From positions 7,366-71,365 of the forward strand of contig QCIQ01000005.1 of the NCBI GenBank assembly GCA_003216595.1: a DNA stretch of 64,000 nt. Reading direction: 5' to 3'. Numbering within the stretch: the stretch's first letter is position 1; each line of letters opens with the position of its first letter. The DNA comes from Prochlorococcus sp. AG-402-M18 (GTDB lineage Bacteria > Cyanobacteriota > Cyanobacteriia > PCC-6307 > Cyanobiaceae). The notes beneath the pieces were generated by a model. That model did no database searches and was not told where the DNA came from. It worked only from the letters and a program-made list of their open reading frames with translations. This document shows positions 48,846 through 59,666 of this stretch, in pieces. The position numbers and the translations under genes were made by a program.

Positions 48846-51467
48846 ATGAAAGAAACTATATCAACAAAACTTTCAGATTATTTATCCTACCCTTTCCTAA
48901 TACCAAAAATAAATATAGATTTTAATATTGGAGAAGATAAAGTTTCTGTAGATACTTCTATGTTTATAAAAGCAAAGTCAGAACAATCTTCAAAGCTAAT
49001 TCTTAATGGTTTTGAAATTGAATTACTTTCAGTGTCAATAGATGGTAATGAATTGGATAGTAAAGAATATAATTTATCAGATCAATCTTTGGTAATTAAT
49101 AAACCTCCAATATCTGAATTTGTATTGAATATTAAATCAAGAATTAATCCATTTAATAATACATCATTAGAAGGTTTGTATTTAAGCTCTGGAATGCTAG
49201 CAACACAATGCGAAGCCGAAGGTTTTAGACGAATTTGTTTTCATCCTGATAGACCTGATGTTTTAAGTAAATATACAGTGAGAATAGAATCAGATAAAAA
49301 TATATACCCAATATTACTTTCAAATGGTAATAAGATATATTCAGGGGAATTAAAATCAAATTTTGATAGACACGAAATTATTTGGGAGGATCCTTTCCCT
49401 AAGCCATCTTATTTATTTGCACTAGTCGCTGGAAAATTAAATGAGGTTTCAGATAATTATATTAGTAATTCTGGAAAATCAATTGATATAAAATTGTATG
49501 TCGAAGAAGGTGATCAGAAATATACTAAACATGCTATAAGTTCTCTTAAAAAAGCAATGCGATGGGATGAGGAAAAATATCAATTAGAATATGACTTAGA
49601 TGAATATAAAATTGTTGCTGTCAGACATTTTAATATGGGGGCAATGGAAAATAAGGGGTTAAACATTTTTAATTCAAAATTGGTTCTGGCCGACTCAAAG
49701 ACATCAACTGATGATGAATTAGAAAGAATAGAAAGTGTAATTGCACATGAGTACTTTCATAATTGGACTGGCAATAGAATTACATGTAGAGATTGGTTTC
49801 AGTTGTCTTTAAAAGAAGGTTTGACCGTCTTTCGTGATCAATCTTTTACTGCAGATCTTCATAATAAAGGACTCAAAAGAATAGAAGATGTTTCATTCCT
49901 TAGGAATTTTCAATTTGCCGAAGATAAAGGTCCTACATCACATGCTGTTAAGCCTAAAGAGTATATAGCAATTGATAATTTTTATACAACAACAATATAT
50001 GAAAAAGGGGCTGAGTTAATAAGAATGCTTGCACTATTGCTAGGTAAAGATAAGTTCTTTAGAGGTATTAAGCTTTATATTAAAACTTTTGATGGCACCG
50101 CTGCCACTACTGAGGATTTCATTAATTCAATAATAAAGGGGGCTTATTTAGATTATAAAAACTGTCCTTTTGATGTAGCAAAGTTTCTAAACTGGTATTA
50201 TAAATCAGGCACACCAAAAGTTTATATAAATCAATCTTGGGATTCCAAAAATTCAATTTTAAATGTTTCTTTTGAGCAGGAAATAGATAGTGGAAAGACT
50301 AATGAAGATATTGAAATGATTATTCCAATTCTTTATTCTTGTTATAGTAGAAAAAATGAATTTAAACCTATTGTGGAGGACAAATTATTTATTTTAGATA
50401 AAAATATAAAGAATTTAAAGATTAATACTAAACCAGGTGAGAAAGAAGCACCAGTTTTATCAATTTTCAGAGGTTTCTCTGCACCAGTCGTTTGGGAATG
50501 TGATTTGTCTATTGAAGACTATCTTTTCTTATTTTTAAATGATAATGATTATTTTTCCAGATGGGACGCTGGTCAATTTTTGATGCGTACAATCATTAAA
50601 AGTAGGATTTGCAATAAGGTAAATTATTCATTAGAAGATAGGTATATTAACGCTATTAAAAAAATCATACAATCCTTAGTAATTAAGGATCCTTTCTTCT
50701 TGGCAAAACTTTTAGAAATTCCTGGTTTAGCAGAATTGGAATGTTTATTTGAAAAAGTTGATCCTATAAAAATTTATAAAGGGTCATTAAATTTTAAAGT
50801 TTTAATTGCCAAAGAAATCCAACAAGAGTTAAGAAAAATATCTCAATATTTATTAGTTAATATTAATCATGAATGGCCAAAGGGTAAAGGGGAAAGAAAA
50901 CTATTAGGAACTATTTGGTCTTATTTAACTCTTGCCAATGATAGAAATGTTCAAAAGATTTGTATTAATTCAATTAGTCATTCTTCAATGACTATAGCAA
51001 GGGGTGCTCTAGAGGCGTTAAAGCCACTTGATAGTCATGAGACAGAAGAAGCTTCTAATTTATTTTTTAATCTATGGAAAGAAAACCCAGTTGTTTTAGA
51101 TTCATGGTTCGCTTATGAGGCCTCAAGACCTAGTAAAAAAGGAATTGATGTTATTGAAAATTTATTATCACATTCTAAATTTGATTGGAAAGCTCCCAAT
51201 GCAATTCGAGCTGTTCTAGGAGGCTTTAGTAAAAATATTGAGTTGTTTCATTCTCTTGATGGCAAAGGTTATTTATTTATGGCTGATAAATTAATAGAGG
51301 TAGATAAAATCAATCCAATAACCGCATCAAGAATGGTAAAAATCTTCAGTAACTGGAAAACTTACGTTGATAAAAATAAGGAAGGAATGTATACATCAAT
51401 ATTAAAAATCAATAATGCAAATATATCTCCAAATACAAGAGAAGTAGTGGAACTAATTTTGAAGTAA
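48846..51467 (+). CDS. pepN: Aminopeptidase N (M1 family)
   Basis: 873 aa with the GAMEN exopeptidase motif (NMGAMENKG) and zinc motif HEYFHNWTGNR-x-LKEG. Confidence 0.93.
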   Translation: MKETISTKLSDYLSYPFLIPKINIDFNIGEDKVSVDTSMFIKAKSEQSSKLILNGFEIELLSVSIDGNELDSKEYNLSDQSLVINKPPISEFVLNIKSRINPFNNTSLEGLYLSSGMLATQCEAEGFRRICFHPDRPDVLSKYTVRIESDKNIYPILLSNGNKIYSGELKSNFDRHEIIWEDPFPKPSYLFALVAGKLNEVSDNYISNSGKSIDIKLYVEEGDQKYTKHAISSLKKAMRWDEEKYQLEYDLDEYKIVAVRHFNMGAMENKGLNIFNSKLVLADSKTSTDDELERIESVIAHEYFHNWTGNRITCRDWFQLSLKEGLTVFRDQSFTADLHNKGLKRIEDVSFLRNFQFAEDKGPTSHAVKPKEYIAIDNFYTTTIYEKGAELIRMLALLLGKDKFFRGIKLYIKTFDGTAATTEDFINSIIKGAYLDYKNCPFDVAKFLNWYYKSGTPKVYINQSWDSKNSILNVSFEQEIDSGKTNEDIEMIIPILYSCYSRKNEFKPIVEDKLFILDKNIKNLKINTKPGEKEAPVLSIFRGFSAPVVWECDLSIEDYLFLFLNDNDYFSRWDAGQFLMRTIIKSRICNKVNYSLEDRYINAIKKIIQSLVIKDPFFLAKLLEIPGLAELECLFEKVDPIKIYKGSLNFKVLIAKEIQQELRKISQYLLVNINHEWPKGKGERKLLGTIWSYLTLANDRNVQKICINSISHSSMTIARGALEALKPLDSHETEEASNLFFNLWKENPVVLDSWFAYEASRPSKKGIDVIENLLSHSKFDWKAPNAIRAVLGGFSKNIELFHSLDGKGYLFMADKLIEVDKINPITASRMVKIFSNWKTYVDKNKEGMYTSILKINNANISPNTREVVELILK

Positions 51468-51477
51468 ATTTAGCAAA

Positions 51478-52473
51478 TCATCTGAACATTGAGCTAACAG
51501 AACTTTCTTCATGAATTCTCCAAATAGCTTCTCCAAGCATATTTGCAACTGATAAGACCTTCAATTGAGAGAAATCTAAATTATTAGGAACTGGAATACT
51601 ATTAGTGACAATAACTTGTTCAAAAAGGCCTTCTTTTGAAAGTCTCGTGTAAGCAGGTGGCGAGAAAACAGCATGAGATGCACATGCAATAACTTTTTTA
51701 GCACCCTCTTTCCTAAGCAATTCAGCACCTGCGCAAATAGTACCTCCAGTGTCAATCATGTCATCAATTAATATTGCAGTTTTGCCAGAGACCTCACCAA
51801 TAACTGTTAGGCTTTCGGCAACATTATGCCCTGAGCGCCGTTTGTCAATAATGGCTAGAGGTGAGTCCTTCATTTGCTTAGCAAAAGCTCTTGCTCTGGC
51901 TACACCACCGACATCAGGAGATACAACTACGATTTCATCAAGTTTCATAGTTGATAGATAATCAACTAGGACAGGTGAACCATATATGTGGTCGCAGGGG
52001 ATATCAAAATAACCTTGGATTTGAGCAGAATGTAAATCCATTGCTAGTACTCTATCTACGCCTGATTTGACAAGAATATTTGCAGTGAGTTTTGCAGTTA
52101 TTGACTCTCTACCTGCTGTCTTTCTGTCTGCTCTTGCGTAACCAAAGTATGGAATTACAGCGGTAATTTGTCTGGCAGATGCTCTTTTGCAAGCATCCAC
52201 CATGATCATAAGCTCCATTAAGCTGTCGTTAACAGGAGCACAGGTTGGTTGTATCAGAAAAACATCACACCCTCTGATTGATTGTTGGATTTGAACATAG
52301 AGTTCTCCATCCGCAAACCTTTTTGAAACTAGAGGGACATTTGTTATCCCCATATAAGTCGCAATTTCTTTTGCTAAGGCTGTATTGGATGTCCCACTAA
52401 TCAATCTAAGTCTATTAGTGTCATGCTTGAGACTAGTAGGCTCAGGATGCGCTGCAGTGATAAAACTGGTCAC
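51478..52473 (-). CDS. prs: Ribose-phosphate pyrophosphokinase
   Basis: 331 aa with the PRPP-binding loop AILIDDMIDTGGT and the N-terminal FSGTSN-like LISGTSN. GTG start. Confidence 0.95.
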   Translation of the reverse strand: MTSFITAAHPEPTSLKHDTNRLRLISGTSNTALAKEIATYMGITNVPLVSKRFADGELYVQIQQSIRGCDVFLIQPTCAPVNDSLMELMIMVDACKRASARQITAVIPYFGYARADRKTAGRESITAKLTANILVKSGVDRVLAMDLHSAQIQGYFDIPCDHIYGSPVLVDYLSTMKLDEIVVVSPDVGGVARARAFAKQMKDSPLAIIDKRRSGHNVAESLTVIGEVSGKTAILIDDMIDTGGTICAGAELLRKEGAKKVIACASHAVFSPPAYTRLSKEGLFEQVIVTNSIPVPNNLDFSQLKVLSVANMLGEAIWRIHEESSVSSMFR

Positions 52474-53097
52474 GGTTCCACCGCAAGCAAGAAATAATAT
52501 TTACTAATCTACCGTTATGTTGATCCATGATCATCTAAAAGCTTTTTTAAATTTTTTCTAATAAGATCTCATACTATTTTTTCAAACAAGAAACCACTGC
52601 CCTATCTTATGTTTGGGGTGGTTGAGTAAAAATAAATTTCTTCTGAAGAATTTTTATTTGAAAACATTAATACTTTTTTGGTAGGGAATTCTTCATGATT
52701 TTTTACTGGGATTTTGCTCAAAACACACAGTTAAAGAGAGCTTGATTTAGATATTTGGGCCTTTTCAAGTAAGAGATTGTTTGGAATGAAAAATACATAA
52801 TCTGAAGATGGTTATTACCTTTTCTGGTTTGCTTGCTTTGAATTCGGATTAAGTAGCTCAAATAGATAATGCTATTGGAGGAAAGAAATATATTCAGGAT
52901 TTTGTTTTAACTCAAAAAAATTTAGTTTTCTAATATAAATGCTTAAATTATTGATGGATTTGTTAATATCTTAGTACTAAATTTATTTTTTTGATTTTAA
53001 GAAAAAGATTTCCCATTTCAAAATGGAATCCATTTTAAATTTAATAAAAAAATAGAATTATTAGTATTTCTTTCGTATTTTTTAGAGATAACAAAAA

Positions 53098-54594
53098 GTG
53101 AAATTTGAAAGAAATTCAGGAATCCTTCTTCATCCAACCTCATTATCTGATAATCCTGCCTGCGGCGGTTTTGGCAACCCTGCTCGTGCTTGGCTTAATG
53201 AACTTGCTGAATCTGGGATAGGAGTTTGGCAATTTTTACCTCTTGCTCCGACTGATTCATTTGGGTCTCCCTATAGTTCTCCATCAAGTTTTGCTTTTAA
53301 CCCATGGTTCCTTGACCATATTGATTTAGTTAGAGACGGCTTTTTATCTAATAATTTTGAAAAAATTTTTTCTGAAAAAGATTATTTTGATAAGAAAGTT
53401 AATTTTCAATTAGCTAATTCAAAAGTTAATATCTTACGTTCTTCTTTGGTTGATTATTGGGAAAAACAGAATAGAACTATTCAAGAAGAATTTGAAATAT
53501 GGTGCTCAAAGCAATTTTGGTTAGATGACCATTCCATATTTATGGAACTAAAAATTCAATACAATGAACTTCCATGGTGGAAATGGCCAGAGAAATATGC
53601 AATGCGGGATAAGAAAGAATTAGCAAAATGGAAAAAAAATAACCAGAGAGAATTGCTAGGCCATAATCTACTTCAATGGCATTTAGATAGGCAATGGAAA
53701 GCAATCAGAAAACTTGCAAAAGATCTGGGGATTTTTTTATTTGGAGACGTCCCTTTTTATGTATCAAAAGATAGTGCTGATGTCTGGAGTAATCGATCAT
53801 TATTTTCTATTTTAAGTAATTCAGATACATTTCTTCAAAGTGGGGTGCCACCTGATTATTTCTCTGAGACCGGTCAGCTTTGGGGGAACCCTGTTTATCG
53901 TTGGAGCAGGCACAAAGCTAGTAAATTTAGATGGTGGAGAAAAAGAATTTCAAGACATCTTGAACAGGCTGATTTCTTACGCCTTGATCATTTTCGTGCT
54001 CTTGAAGCTTTTTGGGCAATTCCTGGTAATGATAAAACAGCTGAGAATGGTTTTTGGTTGCCTTCTCCGGGGAAAGAGATACTTGGTTTAATCAAAAAAG
54101 ATTGCAGTGGTTTGCTTCCTTTAGTTGCTGAAGACCTAGGTCTCATAACATCAAAAGTTGAAAAGTTACGAGATGAGTATGAATTAGATGGAATGAAGAT
54201 ACTTCAATTTGCTTTTGATGGAAATGTAGATAATCCTTATTTGCCTGAGAATATTAAAGATGAAAATTGGATTGTTTATACTGGGACTCATGACAATTCA
54301 ACTTCTAAAGGCTGGTGGAGAGAAATTGATCAAGACAAAAAAGAACAAATTAGAGAAAGGATTCTTGATTATGATAATTTCAGTTCTTGGGAATTGATTC
54401 GAATCGGCATGGAAACTAAAGCCAAATTATTTATAGCACCTATGCAAGATTTATTAAATCTTGATGATAGCTCTCGATTAAATAAACCTGGAACAATAGA
54501 AAATAATTGGTCATGGAGATTATCAAGAATTGATTCGACTATTCAAGAAGCGTTAAGAAAGTATGGTGATATGGCTAGAGCAAATAAAAGATAA
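53098..54594 (+). CDS. malQ: 4-alpha-glucanotransferase (GH77 amylomaltase)
   Basis: 498 aa with RNSGILLHPTSL, LRLDHFRAL, VAEDLG and YTGTHDN. GTG start. Confidence 0.92.
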   Translation: MKFERNSGILLHPTSLSDNPACGGFGNPARAWLNELAESGIGVWQFLPLAPTDSFGSPYSSPSSFAFNPWFLDHIDLVRDGFLSNNFEKIFSEKDYFDKKVNFQLANSKVNILRSSLVDYWEKQNRTIQEEFEIWCSKQFWLDDHSIFMELKIQYNELPWWKWPEKYAMRDKKELAKWKKNNQRELLGHNLLQWHLDRQWKAIRKLAKDLGIFLFGDVPFYVSKDSADVWSNRSLFSILSNSDTFLQSGVPPDYFSETGQLWGNPVYRWSRHKASKFRWWRKRISRHLEQADFLRLDHFRALEAFWAIPGNDKTAENGFWLPSPGKEILGLIKKDCSGLLPLVAEDLGLITSKVEKLRDEYELDGMKILQFAFDGNVDNPYLPENIKDENWIVYTGTHDNSTSKGWWREIDQDKKEQIRERILDYDNFSSWELIRIGMETKAKLFIAPMQDLLNLDDSSRLNKPGTIENNWSWRLSRIDSTIQEALRKYGDMARANKR

Positions 54595-54596
54595 AA

Positions 54597-55136
54597 TTAC
54601 GGTTTTTTCTTCTTATTATTTTTGTTCTCATCTTTTATAAAAGTATTTTCTGTAATTATAGGTTCAGTCGAAACACTATTAATTTTTATAAGATACCTTT
54701 GTTGAATATTAAGAGATAATATAGATAAAAGCATGAAGAAAATATACAATAAGCTTCCAATCCAGCTATTGAGAAAATCTATATTTATAAAATTAAATTT
54801 CAAACTAGATATATTATCATTGCCTTTTCGTGCTAATAAACCATTTAAACTTCCTCTTTCTAAATTGAGCTTAATCTCTAGACTTTTGATCATTGAAATT
54901 AAATAAGTTTTTTCTGGTAAATACTTTTTCCATCCATTTTCAATAGCTATTAAGACATTTCTTGAAATCTTAGTCTCCTTTGATAATCTCTCTAATGAAA
55001 TCCCAGTTTTCTTTCTTTGAGTTTTAAATAAATTGATTGCCTCTGAAAAATCATTATCAAAATTAGATTTATCTTGTACATCTGATAAATCTGATGAGGA
55101 TTTTTTAAAGGGAAGATTAAAAGCCATAAAATGCAA
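54597..55136 (-). CDS. Helix-turn-helix membrane protein (RodZ-like N-terminal domain)
   Basis: 179 aa with an XRE-type HTH (ISLERLSKETKISRNVLIAIENG) followed by one TM helix. Confidence 0.6.
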   Translation of the reverse strand: MHFMAFNLPFKKSSSDLSDVQDKSNFDNDFSEAINLFKTQRKKTGISLERLSKETKISRNVLIAIENGWKKYLPEKTYLISMIKSLEIKLNLERGSLNGLLARKGNDNISSLKFNFINIDFLNSWIGSLLYIFFMLLSILSLNIQQRYLIKINSVSTEPIITENTFIKDENKNNKKKKP

Positions 55137-55141
55137 ATATA

Positions 55142-55855
55142 TTAATCAATAATTGAAATCCATTCTTCTCTCTTTAGCTCTCGCCATTTCCCTTCTTGTA
55201 GTCCATTTAAATTTATATTCGAGATCGATGTTCTTTGCAAATCTTGAACAGGATGCCCAATGTAATCTGCTATTCTGCGAATTTGGCGATTGCGACCTTC
55301 TTTTAGAATTACTTTTAGAAGAGTCTTTTGATTTATTCTTTCCAATACTTCTATTCTCGCTGGCATTGTTATTTTGCCATCAAGTAAAATTCCTCTTCTC
55401 CAATTATCTAATATTGATTGACTTGGCTGACCCATTACCCAAACTAGATATGTTTTTGTGTGGGAGTACTTAGGATGTGTAAGTTTTAGGGTTAATTTTC
55501 CATTATTGGTCAATAAGATGGCTCCTCTGCTCTCAAAATCTAACCTTCCCACAGGATGCATTCCAGGGCGCAAGTGTGATGGGATTAAACTTAAAATTGT
55601 TTTCCTTCCATGATTATCTTGGCAGCTAGATATGACTCCATAAGGTTTATTTAATAGAAAAACTTTGTGATTTAACTTCTTAGGTAAATCTCTGCCGTCA
55701 ACTAAAATATGATCAAAGAGAGGATCTGCTTTTTCTCCCGGAATAGCTCGTCTCCCATTCAATTCGACCCTGCCTTGCTTAATTAGCAAGTCAGCTTTTC
55801 TTCTTGATAAAAGGCCAGATTCAGATATTATTTTTTGTAATCTGTTAAGTGACAT
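55142..55855 (-). CDS. Pseudouridine synthase, RsuA/RluB family
   Basis: 237 aa with an N-terminal S4 domain (RLQKIISESGLLSRRKADLLI) and the catalytic HPVGRLD motif. Confidence 0.88.
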   Translation of the reverse strand: MSLNRLQKIISESGLLSRRKADLLIKQGRVELNGRRAIPGEKADPLFDHILVDGRDLPKKLNHKVFLLNKPYGVISSCQDNHGRKTILSLIPSHLRPGMHPVGRLDFESRGAILLTNNGKLTLKLTHPKYSHTKTYLVWVMGQPSQSILDNWRRGILLDGKITMPARIEVLERINQKTLLKVILKEGRNRQIRRIADYIGHPVQDLQRTSISNINLNGLQEGKWRELKREEWISIID

Positions 55856-55932
55856 TATTCCTAATATATAGTCATTATATTTATTTCTATATTAGTTTCA
55901 TATTAAAAATGCAATAAAATGATTCATCTAGA

Positions 55933-56391
55933 TTAGAAAAATTCATCTATCTCTTTAACTGTTCCTGCTTCTACTTGGGTTAATAAGTCTTTAATGGCTT
56001 TCCACATGCTTATGCCAAAAAGTACTGAGATTATTGAAGAAAATATTAGAGATTTAGTAATAGAAAAGTTTATTATGCTTAAGACACTTACGAAAATAAT
56101 TGTTAGACCTGTGAAGAATGAAAACCAACTTAAAATTGTTCTAGGATTCTCTAACGGAATAGGTGACATCTTTTTTGTCGTCCAATTAGTTAGTTTTGAT
56201 TTCATTATATCGGCAAATATTAATCCAGACATTAGACAAATGAATGCGCCACAAGATAGCCAAAAGATAGGATCTTCAATTGGCTTTATTTGTTGATACT
56301 CGGCAATATATTCATCTATATTTGGTATATTTGCATCATCTATACTAAATGCAACAAATTTGATTATATTTTTTATATTGCTATAAATCAT
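55933..56391 (-). CDS. Hypothetical integral membrane protein
   Basis: 152 aa with 3 TM helices. I recognise no family. Confidence 0.45.
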   Translation of the reverse strand: MIYSNIKNIIKFVAFSIDDANIPNIDEYIAEYQQIKPIEDPIFWLSCGAFICLMSGLIFADIMKSKLTNWTTKKMSPIPLENPRTILSWFSFFTGLTIIFVSVLSIINFSITKSLIFSSIISVLFGISMWKAIKDLLTQVEAGTVKEIDEFF

Positions 56392-56425
56392 GTTTTTAAT
56401 TTCTATTATATTTTATAAAAATCAT

Positions 56426-58099
56426 CTATGCAACTTGTGTATTATTTTGTTTTGTTAGGCCTGAAGCGATTCTTATAGGATTGAATGTTTTCCTTACTAG
56501 TTTAATTAATTGCTTCATATCTTTTGTATCGATCTTTTCATCTTTAATAATACTCATTAGTAAGTTTTTCCTAATTAATGAGCCTCTAGAACTAGTTAAG
56601 AGCTTAATACCTGCACCTGCAACTGGAATTAGCTCTTTTGCGGGTGTACTTGAGTCTTGTACTAGGACATCAAATAAATTTTCTATTCTCTCAACTCTTA
56701 TGTGACCATTTTGATCAAATATAACATCTAATAATATGTTTATCATTTCATTTGTATCGGAAGTAAGTAATCTTTTTGCTACGTAAGGATAGGCTAAATC
56801 TATAATTTTAAAATCAGGATCTAAGCGAATAGCAAGTCCTTCTTGACTAATTACTGCTCTGATAATCAAAGCAAACCTTGCGGGGACTCTAAAGGGATAA
56901 TCAAACATTAATTCGGAAAACTTATTGGTAACTTCTTTAAAATTAAAAGACGCAACATCTTTACCTATTGCACTTCCAAGTACTTCTTTTAAGACTGGTA
57001 TTAGAGGTTTAAGGTCTTGGGTTTCATTTAAAAAACCAAGCTTTTGAAAATCTCTTGCAACAGCATAAAAATCATTATTGATCAGGTGAACTATTGCACC
57101 TGTAAGAGTTAATCTATCTTCCTCCGAAATCGAGTCCATCATTCCGAAATCTACATAGGCTATATTTCCTAAATCACCATTATGACCTTCAAGCGCAAAC
57201 ATATTTCCTGGATGAGGATCTGCATGAAAGTATCCGAATTCTAATAATTGCTGTATTCCACTAATAACACCAGTTCTAATAATTTTTGATGGATTTAAAT
57301 TATTTAGAACTAATTCACTTCTATCTTTTAATTTTGTACCATCGATCCAGCTTGTGGTTAAAACCTTTACAGAAGATAAATGTCTTTCTACTTTTGGTAT
57401 CGTTACTGATTTGTTATTGTGGAAGAAATTAGAAAATTTTTCAGCATTATTAGCTTCTTTTTTGTAATCAACTTCGTCAAATAAACTTCTTCCAAACTCA
57501 TCTATTATTTCACCTAATCCGAACCCAAGATTTAATGGAAGTATTGGTGCACTAAGAACTCCAAGTATTTTTATAATAACAATATCTCTTCTAATGTTAA
57601 AAATCAGATTAGGCCTCTGAACTTTTACTGCTACCCAATAATTGCTAGTTAATTTTGCTTTATAAACTTGACCAAGACTTGCTGAGGCTATTGGATTAGA
57701 TGGGAATTCTTCAAAAAGTTCATTTGCTTTTCTTCCTAGCTCATTTTCAATGATTTCAAGTGCTTTTTTATGCGAAAATGAGGGTAAATTGTCTTGTAGG
57801 TTTGTTAATTCTTCCAGCCAATCTTTTCTTATTAGATCTGGCCTAGTTGAAAGTGCTTGCCCTACTTTGATAAAACAGGGGCCCAGACCAATAAGTGTTT
57901 TAAGTAGAAATTTAGCTAGATTCCTTTGAATCTTGTCGTCATTACTTGAACCTTGAAAAATAAGTCTTGCTAATAGTAGTGATATTGCACCAACTATCTG
58001 AATAAATCTAGGCAACAATATCCATGGTCTTAAAATTAACCAGATTAAATCTCTTTTGAAATCGTATTTCATGAATCCATCATAAGTTCTTTTAGCCAC
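56426..58099 (-). CDS. ABC1/UbiB-family atypical kinase
   Basis: 557 aa with IASASLGQVYKA, VAVKVQRP, and the catalytic FHADPHPGN...DFG. Confidence 0.88.
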   Translation of the reverse strand: MAKRTYDGFMKYDFKRDLIWLILRPWILLPRFIQIVGAISLLLARLIFQGSSNDDKIQRNLAKFLLKTLIGLGPCFIKVGQALSTRPDLIRKDWLEELTNLQDNLPSFSHKKALEIIENELGRKANELFEEFPSNPIASASLGQVYKAKLTSNYWVAVKVQRPNLIFNIRRDIVIIKILGVLSAPILPLNLGFGLGEIIDEFGRSLFDEVDYKKEANNAEKFSNFFHNNKSVTIPKVERHLSSVKVLTTSWIDGTKLKDRSELVLNNLNPSKIIRTGVISGIQQLLEFGYFHADPHPGNMFALEGHNGDLGNIAYVDFGMMDSISEEDRLTLTGAIVHLINNDFYAVARDFQKLGFLNETQDLKPLIPVLKEVLGSAIGKDVASFNFKEVTNKFSELMFDYPFRVPARFALIIRAVISQEGLAIRLDPDFKIIDLAYPYVAKRLLTSDTNEMINILLDVIFDQNGHIRVERIENLFDVLVQDSSTPAKELIPVAGAGIKLLTSSRGSLIRKNLLMSIIKDEKIDTKDMKQLIKLVRKTFNPIRIASGLTKQNNTQVA

Positions 58100-58172
58100 C
58101 CCTCTAAGAAGTTCTTTTGATTTGCTTACTGATTAATTTAACTACATTGATTTTAATTAATCATTTTATTCT

Positions 58173-59567
58173 ATGGGGCTTTTAAATTTGCTTTCTGCTA
58201 ATAGAAGCGAAAATCTTTTCTTGCCAGCCCATGGAAGAGGAAATGCTCTCCCAAAAAACATAAAAAAGCTTCTGAAACTAAGACCAGGTGTTTGGGATTT
58301 ACCTGAGCTTTTTGAGATTGGTGGTCCTTTGATTAGCGAAGGGGCAATAGCAGAAAGTCAAAAGACTTCTGCTTTTGAAGTGGGTGTTGATAGATGTTGG
58401 TATGGAGTTAACGGTGCAACGGGGTTACTTCAAAGTTCACTGCTTGCTCTAGCTCGTCCTGGTCAAGCTGTTCTCATGCCAAGAAATATACATAAAAGCT
58501 GTATCCAAGCATGCTTGTTTGGAGGCTTGATCCCATTACTTTTTGACGTCCCATATTTAACTGATCGAGGTCATCCATCTCCTTTTGATAGGAAATGGCT
58601 TCAGAGGGCTTTTATCAAAGCAAAAGAGCTCGAAGAGGACATAGCGGCGGTAGTTTTAGTTAACCCAACATATCAAGGTTATTCTGCAGATATGGAATCT
58701 CTGATTAAGGAGATTCACTCACATTCTTTGCCAGTATTGGTTGATGAAGCTCATGGCGCTTATCTAATAAGTCAAATAAGAGCAGATCTACCCATGTCAG
58801 CTATCTACTTTGGCGCAGATCTTGTTGTTCACTCTCTTCATAAATCTGCACCAGGATTAGTTCAATCCGCAGTTTTATGGTCGCAGGGTGACAAAGTTGA
58901 TCCATTTAAAATAGAGAAAAGTATTGAGTTGCTTCAAACTTCAAGCCCAAGTTCTTTATTGTTAGCTTCTTGTGAAAGTTCAATAAAGGAACTTATTGAA
59001 TCTAAAGGGCGTAAGAAATTGAATTATAGGATTGAAGAAGCTGAAAAATTAAAAGATTTTTTGATTAATAGAGAAGTTCCTCTTCTTAAAAACAGTGATC
59101 CACTAAGAATTATTCTTCACACATCAAAATTTGGTTTGAGTGGTATTGAAGTTGATAAAAGCTTTATAAAAAAAAGAATAATTGCTGAATTAGCTGAGCC
59201 AGGGACACTAACTTTTTGCCTTGGGTTTTCATCTCACAAGCGATTAGGCAAAAAATTTGTAAGATGTTGGGATGAAATCCTTCAATCTCTTGGCCGACAC
59301 AAATCCTGTTTATTTAAAAGACCACCATTCAATATAGTTTCGAAGCCATTCAAACCTTGTTCTTTCTCTTGGGGTTCGAATTTTGAGAGGGTAAATCTGC
59401 AAGATGCTATAGGAAGAATTTCTGTTGAGATGGTTTGCCCTTATCCTCCTGGGATACCTTTATTGATTCCTGGTGAGGTTTTGGACGAAGCTCGTGTTGA
59501 TTGGCTGGTAGAGCAAAAATGTTTTTGGCCAGACCAGATCCCTGATTTCGTAAGAGTTATTTCTTGA
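58173..59567 (+). CDS. PLP-dependent Orn/Lys/Arg decarboxylase family protein
   Basis: 464 aa with VDEAHGAY and the PLP-lysine motif HSLHKS. Confidence 0.8.
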   Translation: MGLLNLLSANRSENLFLPAHGRGNALPKNIKKLLKLRPGVWDLPELFEIGGPLISEGAIAESQKTSAFEVGVDRCWYGVNGATGLLQSSLLALARPGQAVLMPRNIHKSCIQACLFGGLIPLLFDVPYLTDRGHPSPFDRKWLQRAFIKAKELEEDIAAVVLVNPTYQGYSADMESLIKEIHSHSLPVLVDEAHGAYLISQIRADLPMSAIYFGADLVVHSLHKSAPGLVQSAVLWSQGDKVDPFKIEKSIELLQTSSPSSLLLASCESSIKELIESKGRKKLNYRIEEAEKLKDFLINREVPLLKNSDPLRIILHTSKFGLSGIEVDKSFIKKRIIAELAEPGTLTFCLGFSSHKRLGKKFVRCWDEILQSLGRHKSCLFKRPPFNIVSKPFKPCSFSWGSNFERVNLQDAIGRISVEMVCPYPPGIPLLIPGEVLDEARVDWLVEQKCFWPDQIPDFVRVIS

Positions 59568-59666
59568 TTAATAATATCTAATTATCAGCTATAATGAAAT
59601 TTATTATTAATAACCACTTTTAAGTATGTTTTATAAAAGAAAGCAATATTTTTTTCATCTAATTTA

